64,000 nt of DNA. Source: Gnetum montanum. Lineage: Eukaryota > Plantae > Gnetophyta. Below are positions 1 to 12,032 of this stretch, piece after piece (position 1 is the stretch's first letter; each line of letters begins with the position of its first letter). The stretch covers positions 129,327 through 193,326 of the forward strand of contig MNCI01000459.1 of NCBI GenBank assembly GCA_015680685.1. Direction: 5' to 3'. The position numbers were made by a program, and so were the translations under genes. The notes beneath the pieces are model-generated. The model saw only the letters and a list, made by a program, of their open reading frames with translations, made no database searches and had not been told where the DNA came from.

Positions 1-375
1 CCTCGGGTCTAAAGCTAGCATGTCACTATATGACCATGCAAAGACCTTGATGTTGTCTTGCAGAATTTTGGCTACACTTTCATGTGTCTATGCATCTATG
101 AGGGAGCTAAGCTTTAATGTTTTCACATCCCCTGTGGATGTGGTCACAAGTGTTTTGATGAGAGGGTCCTCAGTTACATCCTCAGCCTCTAAATCTAGGG
201 TTTGGACTACATGCTCAGGCCAATCTAGGGATGTTTCTAAAGATGCTATGGTGCTAGCTATGGCTGACCCCTAGTCGATTAGGTCTGAATTTAGTTGTCT
301 CGCGAGCTTGCCATGTGGACCTAATAGGGCTAAAGGCATGGAGAGATTGCAATGAATTTCCATGTTCTTCTTAAC
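1..375 (-). pseudogene. pol: Start of the RT-RH-INT (pol) block of element A
   Basis: Minus translation VKKNMEIHCNLSMPLALLGPHGKLARQLN...LETSLDWPEHVVQTLDLEA matches B 22415-22760 (LIGPHGKLAR...LVQSLDLEARDV) and C ~44380-44050. Confidence 0.85.
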
Positions 376-499
376 CTATCAAAATAAGATGAAAGCCTTG
401 TAAAGAAACACCTATTGACAGAGAGTTTGTATAATGAAAATTGTCAAACAACAATGAGATGCAATTTGTGAAGTACAATGATATAGAGATTAGAAGCCT

Positions 500-950
500 G
501 CCAGTTTAAGGTCATGGCAGACCACCAAGGCATAAGAGCACAGAATCGCTAAAGATGTAACACTGTTGATGCAAAAGTGTGAAACTGTTAACATGTGAAT
601 GCCAAGTTTAGTGTCATTACGGATTACCGAATTGTAACATGCAAAACTGGTAGTATGCGAAATGGAAAATTGCAGGTATGAGAAATGAAAAAACCATTAA
701 TGTGAAAATGTGAACTATCTACATGAAAACACGAAACCGCTAGAAATTGTGAAACTACTAATGAAAAATTACAAAATTGCTAGCTTAATGTTGTTGCAGA
801 CTACGAACATATAACAGGTTGAAACTGCTAGTTTAGGGTCTTTTCAGACCGTTAAAGGTAGAACTATGCTAGGATTTCTAGTTTAAGGTCTTTTTTGAAC
901 CGGTAATGCTGCGATTGCTGGAGTTGCTAGTTTAAGGTCTTTTTAGACTT
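500..950 (-). repeat. Dispersed GACCTTAAACTAG-type motif array upstream of the RT block (A)
   Basis: ctagtttaaggtc / ctagtttagggtc-like copies at ~502, 828, 878, 927; equivalent arrays in B (22010-22300) and C (44500-44900). Confidence 0.7.
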
Positions 951-1127
951 GTAGCAAAAATAAGTATATTTTTTATTCTTGGGAAAGAAAATAGTTGATT
1001 TGAAGCATGTTGAGATTTAATGTCAATAGTGTTATGATGTTGTGGTGGGCATGCTACACTTTACAGTGTGCTCTACATTAAACGAAGAGAGAGAGAGAGG
1101 CAAGTTTTCATTTTTAACCATTACGAT

Positions 1128-1135
1128 CATAAATA
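1128..1135 (+). promoter_or_regulatory. Candidate TATA box of the antisense gene (A)
   Basis: CATAAATAGG following a (GA)n tract. The same context occurs in C (45108-45115), and TATAAATAGG occurs on the minus strand of B (21811-21818), always pointing towards the antisense gene. Confidence 0.55.
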
Positions 1136-1916
1136 GGTGTTAAACCATGGTAATTTTTCCATTATCACCATAAGAGAGCATAGCCCATATTTGGAGTGCA
1201 AGGCTATTTCAGAGCAATTGTGCTAATCAGCGAGCAAGGCGATTTTTTTTTTTGCATACCGGCAAGGAAGAATTTGCGAGCAGGATGATGGCTCTGAAGA
1301 AGGAACGCACGAATTTGGCACTTGCAGCAGTCGAGGAGGCAAAGAAAACCTTAGGGCATGTGACACAAGCATGTGTCACGGCGCAGAAGGACATTCCATT
1401 GGTCTAGTAGCATCCTGTTCTTCCTTTATTTTTTTGTTATCATTTTATTTTCTAGTTTTAGCCATTTTCACTTCTTATCGTCATGTTGTTTTGGCCTTTG
1501 CATCACTGCTGTTGCCATTTCAGCTAGGACGGATGTATGAATGTTATGCTATTATTATATGCAAGGCCGCTTAAACTGACACCACTGTGGTTGTCATAAT
1601 CGCAGGGGTTTGGGCAGTTTAAGTTACTTGACCTTTGAATGGTGCGATGTAGGACCTTCAGGAAGGTCAGGCCATGAGTGATGCGACAGTGTGAAACGAG
1701 TTCTATCGAGGCATATTGTTAATTGCCCTATCAGGATTAATTTCTCTATTACTATGCTAGGCTATTCTTGCTACGCTATCATTGTCATGTTCTTTCTACG
1801 CTACGTGTGGGAAGAGGTTTATACTACACTATGTGTGTGGATTGCTAACTATTGCTACGTTGCATGTGTTTTGCACTTAGACATAATGTTAACACTTGCT
1901 GGTCGTGTTGTAAAGG

Positions 1917-4900
1917 ATGGGGCTAACGACAAACCTAATTTTTTTAGAAATTAAAGGGGTCTTATGTCATGTGAGCAAACCCATGGCCAATGCTCCCCCC
2001 CTCAGATATGTATGGGAGAGTAGGGAGTCTGGTTTAGGAAAGGGGCACAAGATTTCTTGCAATTCCTCCTTGACCATTTTAGTGTGACCATTTGGTCATC
2101 TCTAAAGGAGGAGGAGGCGGCCGGCATAATAGAAGCCATGTTGCCTAGGGCAAGTCGGGGCATTTTGAGGTTTCTAATCGATGGGGCAATCATGAGCAAG
2201 TAGGGAGAAGGATCCAGTCAGTGCCTAATAGGGTTAAGGTGTTTGGCCTGGATCTGGAACATGCCAGAATATAGCTACTATGACCGTTTCAACACACTAT
2301 TCCTTGCATGTTTTATGATGACGTGCTTCTAGAATCCTTAGGGAATTATTTACTGTGCTGGAGGGTGAGTTTTGCAGCTTTGTTTTGCTATGTTTGTGCA
2401 ATGCTGGCCATATTGGCCTAATGCTAATAGTATGTGTATGTTACTAGGTTCTTTATCAACAAAGATGGGGTTCACGACTGATCGGGTCTACTGGCTACAA
2501 CATAGCTAGCCCTGCAGGAGTACTCTTTTGCTAAGAACCTTCGGGCATGTGTGATTGGTCAATGCAGGGGTGAATACCAAACCTACCTAGGTGCATATTC
2601 TATTCCCTACAATCAGTGCCAGGGGTATGTTTGGCTGGATGAGGAGTGTGCAGAACACTTCAAATTGGTCATAGTTGAACAAGTTCTGGTTGATCTTTCA
2701 CCATTCCTATCACCGTATAGGCCCAGTAAGCCAAGCAGTAAGTGTCACATGCTTAAGTATTTTTTTTACAATCTTTGCACTTTCTGCATTTTCATGATAA
2801 TCATTTTCATGAAAATTGTTGCAGGGGTGAAGAAATCCCAGGAGGTGATGGTGGTAACCACCGAGGCGCAGCGGACAAACATCTACTTCAAATACGATGA
2901 AGTAGAAGCAAGCCAACGCTGGATAAATGGTGGGGCTTTAATCTCCTTGGTCCAGAACCTCGAAAAGGCTAGACTTATGGATCTATTCTTGGCCCTGAAT
3001 CTAAGTGTTCCTGCCATCGAGATACTCTCCCTAGTCAACTCCTTTTCTAAAAAGGTGGGTCACTTCTGCATGCACATATCGGGCATGCGGGTGGTCATTG
3101 AAATCAATGACCAGCTGTTTAAGAACCTGTTTAGTGTTCCTATCGACAATGTCTCCATAGGGTTGAGGGGCAAGTAGGAGCTGATCCTACAAAAGAAGGA
3201 TATTCAAGAGTGGTTGGGGATTGTCAAGGAGTGAAAGGGGCTCCCTATGGATAAAATTAAAGATGGGCCCGCATTGGAGATCCACCCTATCTTCCACACT
3301 TGTGCATTTCCCTAGCTACTTACCCAAGGGAAGGTCCTAGGGATTGAGTAGGCCTAGATAATGTGGGAAGTTATGGAGGAGGGAGCCCATTACAACTGGG
3401 CCAGATTCCTATGTAAAGGCTTGTAGGCTGAAATCTTGGGACACTGTCAGAAATCAAAGTCCTGCTCCAACATACAGTATGCCTTCTACATAGGTTGTCT
3501 GAAGTGCTTCACAAACTTCTAGTGGTTCAAGAGAATGGAGTCTAGGTCATGCGAAATTGCGACCAGATTTTTAGACCATGGATTCGCCAAATCTTTTGGA
3601 TCACACGAGCCTAAGATCTCCCAAAAATAATTGGGGAGTCGTTCTCTATGATGACTAAGGATCAAGAGGCTTGCAATGTTCATGGTTAGGACAGCATAGG
3701 AGAGACACCCCCTACTATGGCTGATAGCATGTCATAGGGAGAACGTCTCATAACCAAGACCATGCCCAAAGAGTTGCAGCAAAAGAGGCCTCCTCCAGCT
3801 AAGAAAACCATTCGCATAGAGGAAGAGGAGGGGTCAAGACTACGGCTTAAACTGTAGAGAACGTGACCCCCCATTGGTAGGCACTTTTGTCTAATGCTTG
3901 CTTTATTATTGTTTGCTACAATATGCTACGCTAGGCAGTGTAGTGTAACGTAGCACTCGCTTCAAGCTAACTTTTTTTTAGACTAAATGCAAGCATGTTT
4001 CTCTAGTTCCAAAGGAAGAAGAAGAAGAAGAAATGAAGAGGTGTCGGCCCCTAAGATGGAGGTGACAAATAAGGACACAGAGGTGCCATCTTTAAAAGAA
4101 AGTTCCCCGGTCTAGAAGAAAGGAGCTCCTATCATTAAGGCCAGGGCTCTTGTCATTAGGGGGAAACCTACTAATGAGGAGGAATCTCCCTTGAATAAAA
4201 AAGACATTGGCCTTCTAAAGGGAAAGGCACAAGCGCATGAGGAAGAGGTTCATACAGACATTGCAGGGACCTCTGTCGATGCTACTGCCATCATCTTGCA
4301 TCAACAAGAAGAAAGACCACAGTCAGATGTCGATAAGTTTAGCAATATGTATGCCTTGTCACAGTCCATTTAGGTAATTGTTGATTGTTCAGTTATGTGA
4401 CAGGCACCACCGTTGATGCTGCAGGATCCTCTCTGATTCATACGGAGTTGTGGGCTGAGATTCTTGATAAGTTTACATTCATGCAGGGAATCGTTAATGA
4501 CATGATCAATCGCCTTTAGTAGGTAGACCCTGATGTGAGTAAGTAATAATATTAGGTGTTCTCCTATTGTTATGCTAGAATTTTTTGAGTTTGCTAATCT
4601 TGCTATGCTAATGTGATTGTTACACTCTTTGTGTCATGGTAGCCTCTTGGGTCAAATGGGACTTGGCATGACCTTTGAAGATTGGTGCCATGCCTACATT
4701 CCCACCTGAAGTGACCAAGGTGTCTATTCACGTGTACGACGAGGCTTGCAAATGCATTTTGCACTCAACAAGCTCCTTATGGGAGTATAAGCGCATTAAT
4801 GAGGACCTATGGAAATGGGTCCAAAGGGCTGAAAAAGGGAGGCTGACCTGAGGGCCAAGATGAAGGATCTCAAGTCAAGGAATGAGTTCCTCATAGCCCG

Positions 4901-5688
4901 CAACACTAATAATGAGGACTAGCACAAGGCTATAGTTGACTACGCTAGGTTTTGGACTATTGTGCATCAGAACGTTGAAGCCACTCGCGAGATAATCGAA
5001 TAGCAGATGCAGATGGACTTGCTAGCACAGAAGTGTCAAGACTTGAAAGATTTCAACGTCAAGGTTTACCAATGGGGGCAGTCCCAGAGAAACCATAAGC
5101 ACGTGTATAAAGGGGAAAATGCCACCCATGGTAAACTGTATAAGGATGCTGATGTGGAGGCGTTTATGTATGAAGCATTCATAAATGCCATTGACCCTTC
5201 TGAGGCCTATGCCAAGTTTAGGGAGTAGGTAAAGGTTACAGAATCCCCTAACCTGAAAGTGGACGTTCCTACAGGAGAGACCGAAACCATCTCCTTTTCT
5301 CTGGGGCCACCAAGGTGGAAAACTGCTAAAAGGGAGAGGGATGCTACTGTAGATGCTAAACCAAGCAACAAGCATTGGATGGACATCACGGTAGAGGAGG
5401 TTTGGTGTCACCTTGGGCACTGTTTAGACTGAATACCTTTTGAGATGGACATTGGCCCTTCTCAGGTTAGTTGCTTTCTATTGTATTAGTGTTTATGCTC
5501 TATTGTGGTTTGCGTTTGTTGTGCTAGCTAACTGCTTCACTCCTACGATGAAGGCTCCAAATGAGGGTGCAAGGCCCACAGAGGAAAGGAATGAGGAAGT
5601 AGCAGAGGACAACGCAGGGGCAGGCAATGCAAAAGGAGATGATGTAGGAATGCTAGGCAAAGAGGGCGAAGACAAAAGCATCCCATGA
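1917..5688 (+). pseudogene. Multi-exon antisense accessory gene of element A (FCP1/NIF-like HAD domain, transposon-protein-like region, acidic linker, coiled coil); disabled
   Basis: Exon 1917-2364 reads LIFLEIKGVLCH...GAQDFLQFLLDHFSVTIWSS...LRCLAWIW...YDRFNTLFL...NP. GT-AG introns at 2365-2447, 2726-2824, 3877-4006 and ~4539-4642. Homologous to B 20905-17690 (-) and C 45902-46466. AATAAA at ~5767. Many stops and a frameshift. Confidence 0.8.
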
Positions 5689-5867
5689 AAGCATGGATTT
5701 GTTTTTGAAATTTTGAATTTTTGTGTAACAAATTTTACAAACATTATTTAAAATGCAACAATTTTGAATAAAGCAAAGTGGATTTTATGAAACAAAAATT
5801 GATTTTGCACTAACTTGTGCATTGCATATGTGCTACGTTTTGTATAAAACGTTCATTCTTTCATGTG

Positions 5868-6075
5868 CTAGTTTTAGGCCATTTCTGGTCATTACGTAAC
5901 ATGCCAAAGAGATGATACGTTAACAACTTGAACAGCCGCTAACTGGTAACTTATGCTAGTTTAGGCCATTTTGGGCCATTGCTAGTTTTAGGCCATTTTG
6001 GGCCATAACGTAGCATAGTTTTAGGCCATTTTGGGCCATAGCGTATCATAATTTTAGGCCATTTTGGGCCATAGC
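5868..6075 (-). repeat. Tandem ATGGCCCAAAATGGCCTAAAACTAG repeats downstream of protease (A)
   Basis: About five copies of gttttaggccattttgggccat. The same array is in B (17360-17510) and C (51040-51150). Confidence 0.85.
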
Positions 6076-6199
6076 ATAACATGTCAAAAGGATGATATAT
6101 CAACAAATCAAAAAGTGGTGGATGTATGAGGGATGATAATTGGATAGGAAGCAGTGGGGTTGCTATGCTATGTGTAGCTTCTTCTTGACCCATTGTGGG

Positions 6200-9100
6200 T
6201 TGATCGAAACTTAGGGCTGAGGTATTTTGCCAGGGCCCTCATCCACATTATTTTCCCCCACTTGGAAGGGCAACTCAACCCATGTGCCTTCATTTTGGAG
6301 ACTGGTCTACTGGGACAATTCTCCCACTGGATGGTCAGTGTGTGCGTAAGTAGGTGCTTCATTCTCAGAGGTTACAACCTTTGAGCCCTACTCCATATCT
6401 ACGTTACTGATGGCTTGTGTTGCTACTTTGTCACCACGGATCACCACCTCCCTGCCCGCGTATCGTAGGTGGATTTCCTGATGTATGGGTGAGGAGAAAA
6501 CCTAAAGTTGTGCTAACCATGATCTCCCTAAGATCAGGTTAAACCCAGACATTTCTTCAACCATGATGAATGTTGTGTTTGTGGAGAATTGGTCCCCTGC
6601 TACAAAGTCCATGTGGACTGTGCCTTTCACCAGGACACGTGCCCCATTGAATGACCTAAGACATGATGTCGTTGTGGGTTTGATCTGGTCGACCAAGCCC
6701 AACTTGTCCACAATAGTGAAGAGGATGATGTTCATGGCAGCCCCATCATCAATGTGTACCCTTCGGATCTGGTGTTGGCTTACCCGAATCATGATGAAAA
6801 GAAGCGCTGTAGCCACCTAACCCCTTTCGGGATCTTCCCTAATGGTGTCATTGCTGAAAGTAAATTAGGATAGCTTACGCTCTATGAGTATGGAGGGAAG
6901 CATGACCGAGTGGATCACTTTCTCTTCCATAGGCATGTCTTCGTCAACCAGAACTGCTGTGAACATGTGCATCAGAGCATCGTGGTGTGGTACAGATGCC
7001 ATGATTAGGTCGTATAAGCTCAACGTAGTGTTTTCTTGTTTTAGAGCCTACCTGACCTGAGCGAGGGCATCCACAAGGTCTTGGCCACCACCCTATTTGG
7101 TGCTTCCCTCCTCTTCAACTCATTCCAAAAGATGAATTTCCCAAGGAGGGGCGACTTTGGATCTAGGTTCAGACCCTTCTTGGCAAGGTGGCATGAACTG
7201 CGCTGTTGTAGTAACATTTGTCTTTGGTGATGAGGGTGTAGACATAGGGGGCAAATATGTAGACTTGGGAATGCCTTGGGTGACATTCCCCTTCAACGTC
7301 TCGCCTACGAAACGTGCTTCACATTTTTTAGGATGAGAAGGTTATTCAGTTGTTTTATGCGGGGTGGGGGTTGTTGAATGAATCGGCCCCCTAATGATGA
7401 AAGGTGCTAATGGCGTTAGTGTGCGAAGAAGCGTGGTTTCACTAACAGGTTACGCAGAGATGGATGCCCATGGCGGGACTCTCAGAACAAATGGCTATTG
7501 CAAGCTTTGGTTAGCTGCTCATGACGTTGGTGCACTACGTTGAGGCACATGGATCACAAATGGCTGCTGGGGTGGCCTAGGATCATTGTCAATGCTGATG
7601 GCATTGATGACATAACTGAAATTGTTGGCGTTGAGGGTGTCTGTGTAGACATGCATAGATTGGTTTTCGGGATGTATAGGGTTGCTTTCGTCCAACACCA
7701 GTTTTCCCTGGTCGATCAATCTTTGGATGTCATCTTGTAATGTAGGACAGTAATCTGTGTTATGACCACATTGTTGGTGGTAATCATAAAACCTGCTCAA
7801 CCTGAAACCCTTAGGAACTGGAGGTTTATTGGGCAGGGCCAAAGAGGGGTTCCTAATGAGATCACAATATCATTGATGTTTGCTAGTTTCTTCTTGTGAC
7901 ATTTGCTTCTACTGAATGTGCCCCACTGCCAATAGCTACTTCAGAAGTTCTAAAGGTTTGAGAGGTAGTGGGGTGTACTTTAAGTGATCTTTTTGCTCAA
8001 AGTTTGGCTTGGGTTGTGCAGATGTCTCAGGAGTGGGTACTGGAGTTTCTGGCATGTTGCCCTGCTTGGGTATGGGGTAAGCCATGGGTATGGTCAATTT
8101 CTTATTGCTCTTATTACCATTGTTGCTAGGTCTAGGCTTGGCCTCGGTTGCCACAACGGCCACTGTGGTTGTCAGGGCTTTACCTTTTTCCTTCTTTGTG
8201 AAGGTGTTTTTGTAAGTGATGTAGGTTGGGTCTTTGCTTACCTCAGCCATGTCATGTATACTCTTAGTCTGGGCAAAGGCTTGACTAAGAGTGTGAGGGG
8301 TGAGGTAGTACAGTTTAGACTTTATAAAGTCATTCACTACACCTTTAAAAATGGCTAGCAAGTCAGCCTCTATGATGGGCTCAAGGATTTCATTAAGTGT
8401 TGTGCTCCATTGCTAGATGAACTTTTGGACAGATTCTATAGGCTCCTGCTTCATGCTCATCAGCTAATCTAGCGTGATTTTTGGCTTCAAGTTATACTTG
8501 AAGCACATCATGAACTAGGTTAGAAGCTCTTCTAGAGTTGAAATGGATGAGCATGGCAACACACGATACCAATCTAAGGCTCTCCTAGCTAGGGACATGG
8601 CAAAGACATGAATGATCGTGTGTGACCATTGTTGTAATAGGAGAGACTCAGACCTAAAAGTAACTATATTTTCATTGGGATTCCCCTCCCCATCGTACTT
8701 TGTGAAGTGTGGGAGAAACATCCCTGGGGGTAGCATCAGAGAAGGGATTGCAAGGCTAATAAGGTTATCCAGGTAAAAGTCCATGACTTGTACCGTGTCG
8801 GACCCAACAACTTTGAGGTGTTTGATTTCCTCAGTGAGGGTCTAGATGAGCTGGAATGCCTGGTCTAGACCCTATGATGTTGTGGATTGTTGGGAAACTA
8901 TTGAGGTAGACCCCACCTATGGAATGGTAGAGGTAACAGTGTGACCCATTGACGGTACCATTGGGATAGTCAATGCAGACGGTGCTGCTTGCACTGCCCA
9001 CCAGCCGGCATGTGGTGCGGTTGGAGCAGCAACCATGATTTGAGTTGCTAGATAGATAGCTTGTGCCATCAAAGGAATATACCATATCACCATATTAGGT

Positions 9101-9965
9101 TGTACTATTTGTGGGGTTTGATAGGTCTGAGGATGAGCATGATGAGAGATCTATGACGATTGTGGAATAGGAGAAGAAGTAAATGGGGTCCACCATGTGG
9201 ACGGGCTTGGGACTGCTGTAGTGGGTGGAATAGATGTTAACGTAGAAATAGAAACAGAAGTTGCATAAGATTGCAAAGAAGGAAAAACATGAATATGTGG
9301 TAGGGTAGCCGTAATTGGTGCATGATGCACCATAGGAATGGACTAATGAATGGTCTGTGGGGGCATAGTTTTTACGAACGAAATAGGGGGATAGGGGCAT
9401 TGATACACTGGGAAGGTGACACAACTACCCATTGCAGTTGTAGTTGTAGGATATGAAAGCATAGGTGTGAGGAAAAAGGGAGCAGTAATAGAAAATGGAT
9501 TGGCCTAGAAGGAATGGGGTTGGTTGGACCTCCCTCGTCGAATTGGGAATCGAGTTCCTCCTGTCCATCTTGAAAAGCATCATCCTGGTTAGACGTTGTT
9601 TCTTGTTGCTCCCTAAGCCTAGCCAACTAGATTAGCTAGTCTAGTAGCCTTTGGTTTATCTGTGTCAAAGGTATGGAAGTGGTGGGAGTGGGAAAAAACT
9701 CCTTCCCATCGCAGTAAGTGAACTCGAAGCTACGTTTTCTTTCAAACACGTGTACATATAAAGGTAGGTTTGCTTGAACCTTTGCACAGAGAAAGTTATA
9801 ATGCTCATGTTGCTGGGCCAAGCTCTCATGTCCTTAGTTTTGTATGCTAAGGGATTGACATGTTTCCAGCATTTGGTTTAGCATTTTTTTGGCACCAGTG
9901 GTGCCTTGAACCATGATGGGGACCTCCACGTTAAAGGTGTTAACAGTGGTAGTTGCAGAAGTCAT
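6200..9965 (-). pseudogene. gag: gag-aspartic protease of element A, disrupted
   Basis: Capsid-like FTKYDGEGNPNENIVTF...ALDWYRVLP (8515-8784), Zn-knuckle-like YDYHQQCGHNTDYC (7519-7842), protease RRVHIDDGAAMNI...FNLILGRSWL (6502-6816); many stops. Confidence 0.92.
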
Positions 9966-10084
9966 TGGTGCTAAGCTAGACAATTTTGCAAATGTGAAAA
10001 GTGAGGAAACTAGAAAGATAAGAGGTTTTGTTAACTAAGAAGGACAAATAAGTTGACAAGCAATCAAAAAGAAAGGAAATAAAA

Positions 10085-10390
10085 AAGTCTTTATGTCTCG
10101 CTGAGCTCCCGAGGAATCATCAAGGCGACCGACCTGTACCACATGATGTGTAAGCAACTACAAAGGATGTCACATTTATGCTAGTGCATGATAGGGTACA
10201 GGGTGCATGTAAGACTACCATAAGGTAGGCAAGTCAACCAGCGAACGAAGGCTTTACATCTTGTAGGATTCCCAGGGAACCATCGAGGCGACTGATCTAC
10301 ACCACACGATGTGTAAACAATTGTAGACAGGTGTCAAGTTTACGCTAATGTGTATTAGAGTGCAGAAGGCTTAAAAGACTACCGTGAAAC
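10085..10390 (-). repeat. 5' UTR repeat of element A (2 copies)
   Basis: ctttaygtctcg...catcRaggcgacygayctrYaccac...aagactacc unit at ~10090 and ~10250; about five copies in C (55110-55830). Confidence 0.7.
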
Positions 10391-10409
10391 ATGAAAAAGG
10401 AACTAAAAG

Positions 10410-10427
10410 GTCCTCCTTCTAGTGCTA
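10410..10427 (-). promoter_or_regulatory. Primer-binding site of A (tRNA-Asn type, decayed)
   Basis: Minus strand TAGCACTAGAAGGAGGAC a few bases inside the LTR boundary; intact version TGGCGCTAGAAGGAGGGC in D. Confidence 0.8.
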
Positions 10428-10434
10428 GAAGAAC

Positions 10435-12032
10435 TGTAGCAACCAAAAATGTTGACGGATGGAACAAAACACCAAGGGGTCATCGGTCGTGATAGTTTCA
10501 ACCCCGTATCCGCGGGAGGGCTATGCTAGATTGGATAGATATGGGGCACCCTGAATGGTCTGGTTGATCAAATAGGGACTTAGTCAGCATCTATATAGCC
10601 TTTTGCAATGTATGAAAATGTAGAAATGGGATTTATTGTAAGAGATAATGCTCAAATGTATAAAATGAAAAAATGATGTAAAATGCAATAACAAGCAACA
10701 AATAAAGTAAAAATGCGGTTAGAAAAGTGCACTACTTCAAGGCTACAACTTTGCTCTATCAAAGTGGATACAGTCAGTTGCACAGTGCTAGGAGGTGTAG
10801 AGATCCTGAGAGTAACCAAGATGTGTAGAGCCAGATGGCTGTGCGCTTGAATGTGGACTCAATCGTTAACAATGCTCAATGCTACCAAGGTGGTAGGAAA
10901 GAGCCGAAAAGAATGCCAACTGGGGATTCTAACTATTTGCAATGTCAAACAAAGAGCTTACAATGCTCCAGATTACAATTTCCAAAAGTCCAGAAATTCA
11001 AAAAGAAGACTAGAAAGAGGACCCCTTGATTGTTGCACGTTGGGGTATTTATAGGGCCAAGAGCACACGAAAGGGGTAGTTTGGACGCTACACATCTTGG
11101 GCCCATGTTGACTTGTCTGTGCTACACATGCCTACATGATTGTTGGGTGAGCCTACCATGCCATAATTATGAACCTACCATGTCATAATTGCGCTATCAG
11201 AGCAAAAATCAATTAGGTGAAGTGCATTGATGTCACACAACAACCTACTGTGCTCTGCTGTGCTTCGTAGCGTAGCATGTTCGGAGGCGTAGCATAGTAT
11301 CTTGCTACGTGTCTTGCTACATGTATTGGAAGCTTTTGAAGTGTGCTAGTTTTTTGACGTATGCTTACTATGCTATGCTATGCTATGTAGCATAGCAACT
11401 GGCCTTAGTCGCAAAATCCTCACCAATCTACGACCTTTGCCCTTTTGCACTACGAAACTTTCGATCTTGTCGATCCCACACTTTGAGTTGCCTTCTATCA
11501 ACCTCCATAGAATTGCTACACCTCGCTGCACCATGTAGCTTAGCATAGTGTAGCAGCAAGCATGGCCTGATATCGACCAAGTTTGCTACTTTCTGATGGA
11601 AGGAGACATTGCTGAAGGACTTGAAGTTGGGTGAGGGGGCTGATCACCCAGCTTTGGCTATGCTACGCTACGTTGCATAGTGTAGCATGGCACTTCATTC
11701 TGCGATCGCTTTTTGAAACTTTCAACGCTACATAGGGAGATGTAGCGTAGCGTAGCAAACTTCGTGACTTAGAAAAATTATTGAACTATTTCACACATTC
11801 TGAGTGCTATTGCTGACTTCGCGCGTTGCTTTTGAGCAAGCTGTCAGCTAGGCAGACCACTTAGGTGGACAGCTAGGGTGCTTTGTAGAGCCTGTTTACA
11901 GCTAAAGTAGAAAATTTTCTGAACTAGCTAGCCTAAGTTCAGAGTGTTCTCCTCCCGAAGAACTATCGTAGCATTGAATCATTTGCAAAGACGTAGTGAT
12001 GCAAGAATACCTTTGAATTTTGGGGTGTTTCA
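10435..12032 (-). repeat. 5' LTR of element A (~1.6 kb)
   Basis: Minus strand begins TGAAACACC (12032) and ends GCTACA (10435). TATAAATA on minus at ~11047-11054. Homologous to C LTRs. Confidence 0.92.

Larger units (their letters stand above)
1..12032 (-). mobile_element. Element A: Tat-group Ty3/gypsy LTR retrotransposon, degenerate, 3' part outside window
   Basis: On the minus strand: LTR (12032-10435), PBS, gag-protease remnants (9965-~6200), ~5.8 kb spacer, then the start of the RT block at 375-1. Colinear with B and C. The sequence right of 12032 matches the interior of B's 3' LTR (~28330 on), so A sits inside B's 5' LTR. Confidence 0.93.

Noticed and set aside
1371-1954. Hydrophobic short ORFs suggesting env or membrane proteins (also 27007-27312, 45302-45899)
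   Set aside because: T-rich UTR or intron-like sequence; frames and peptides are not conserved among A, B and C.
2551-3177. 208-aa ORF as a standalone gene
   Set aside because: It reads through a 99-nt in-frame intron (2726-2824) and is only part of the larger antisense gene.
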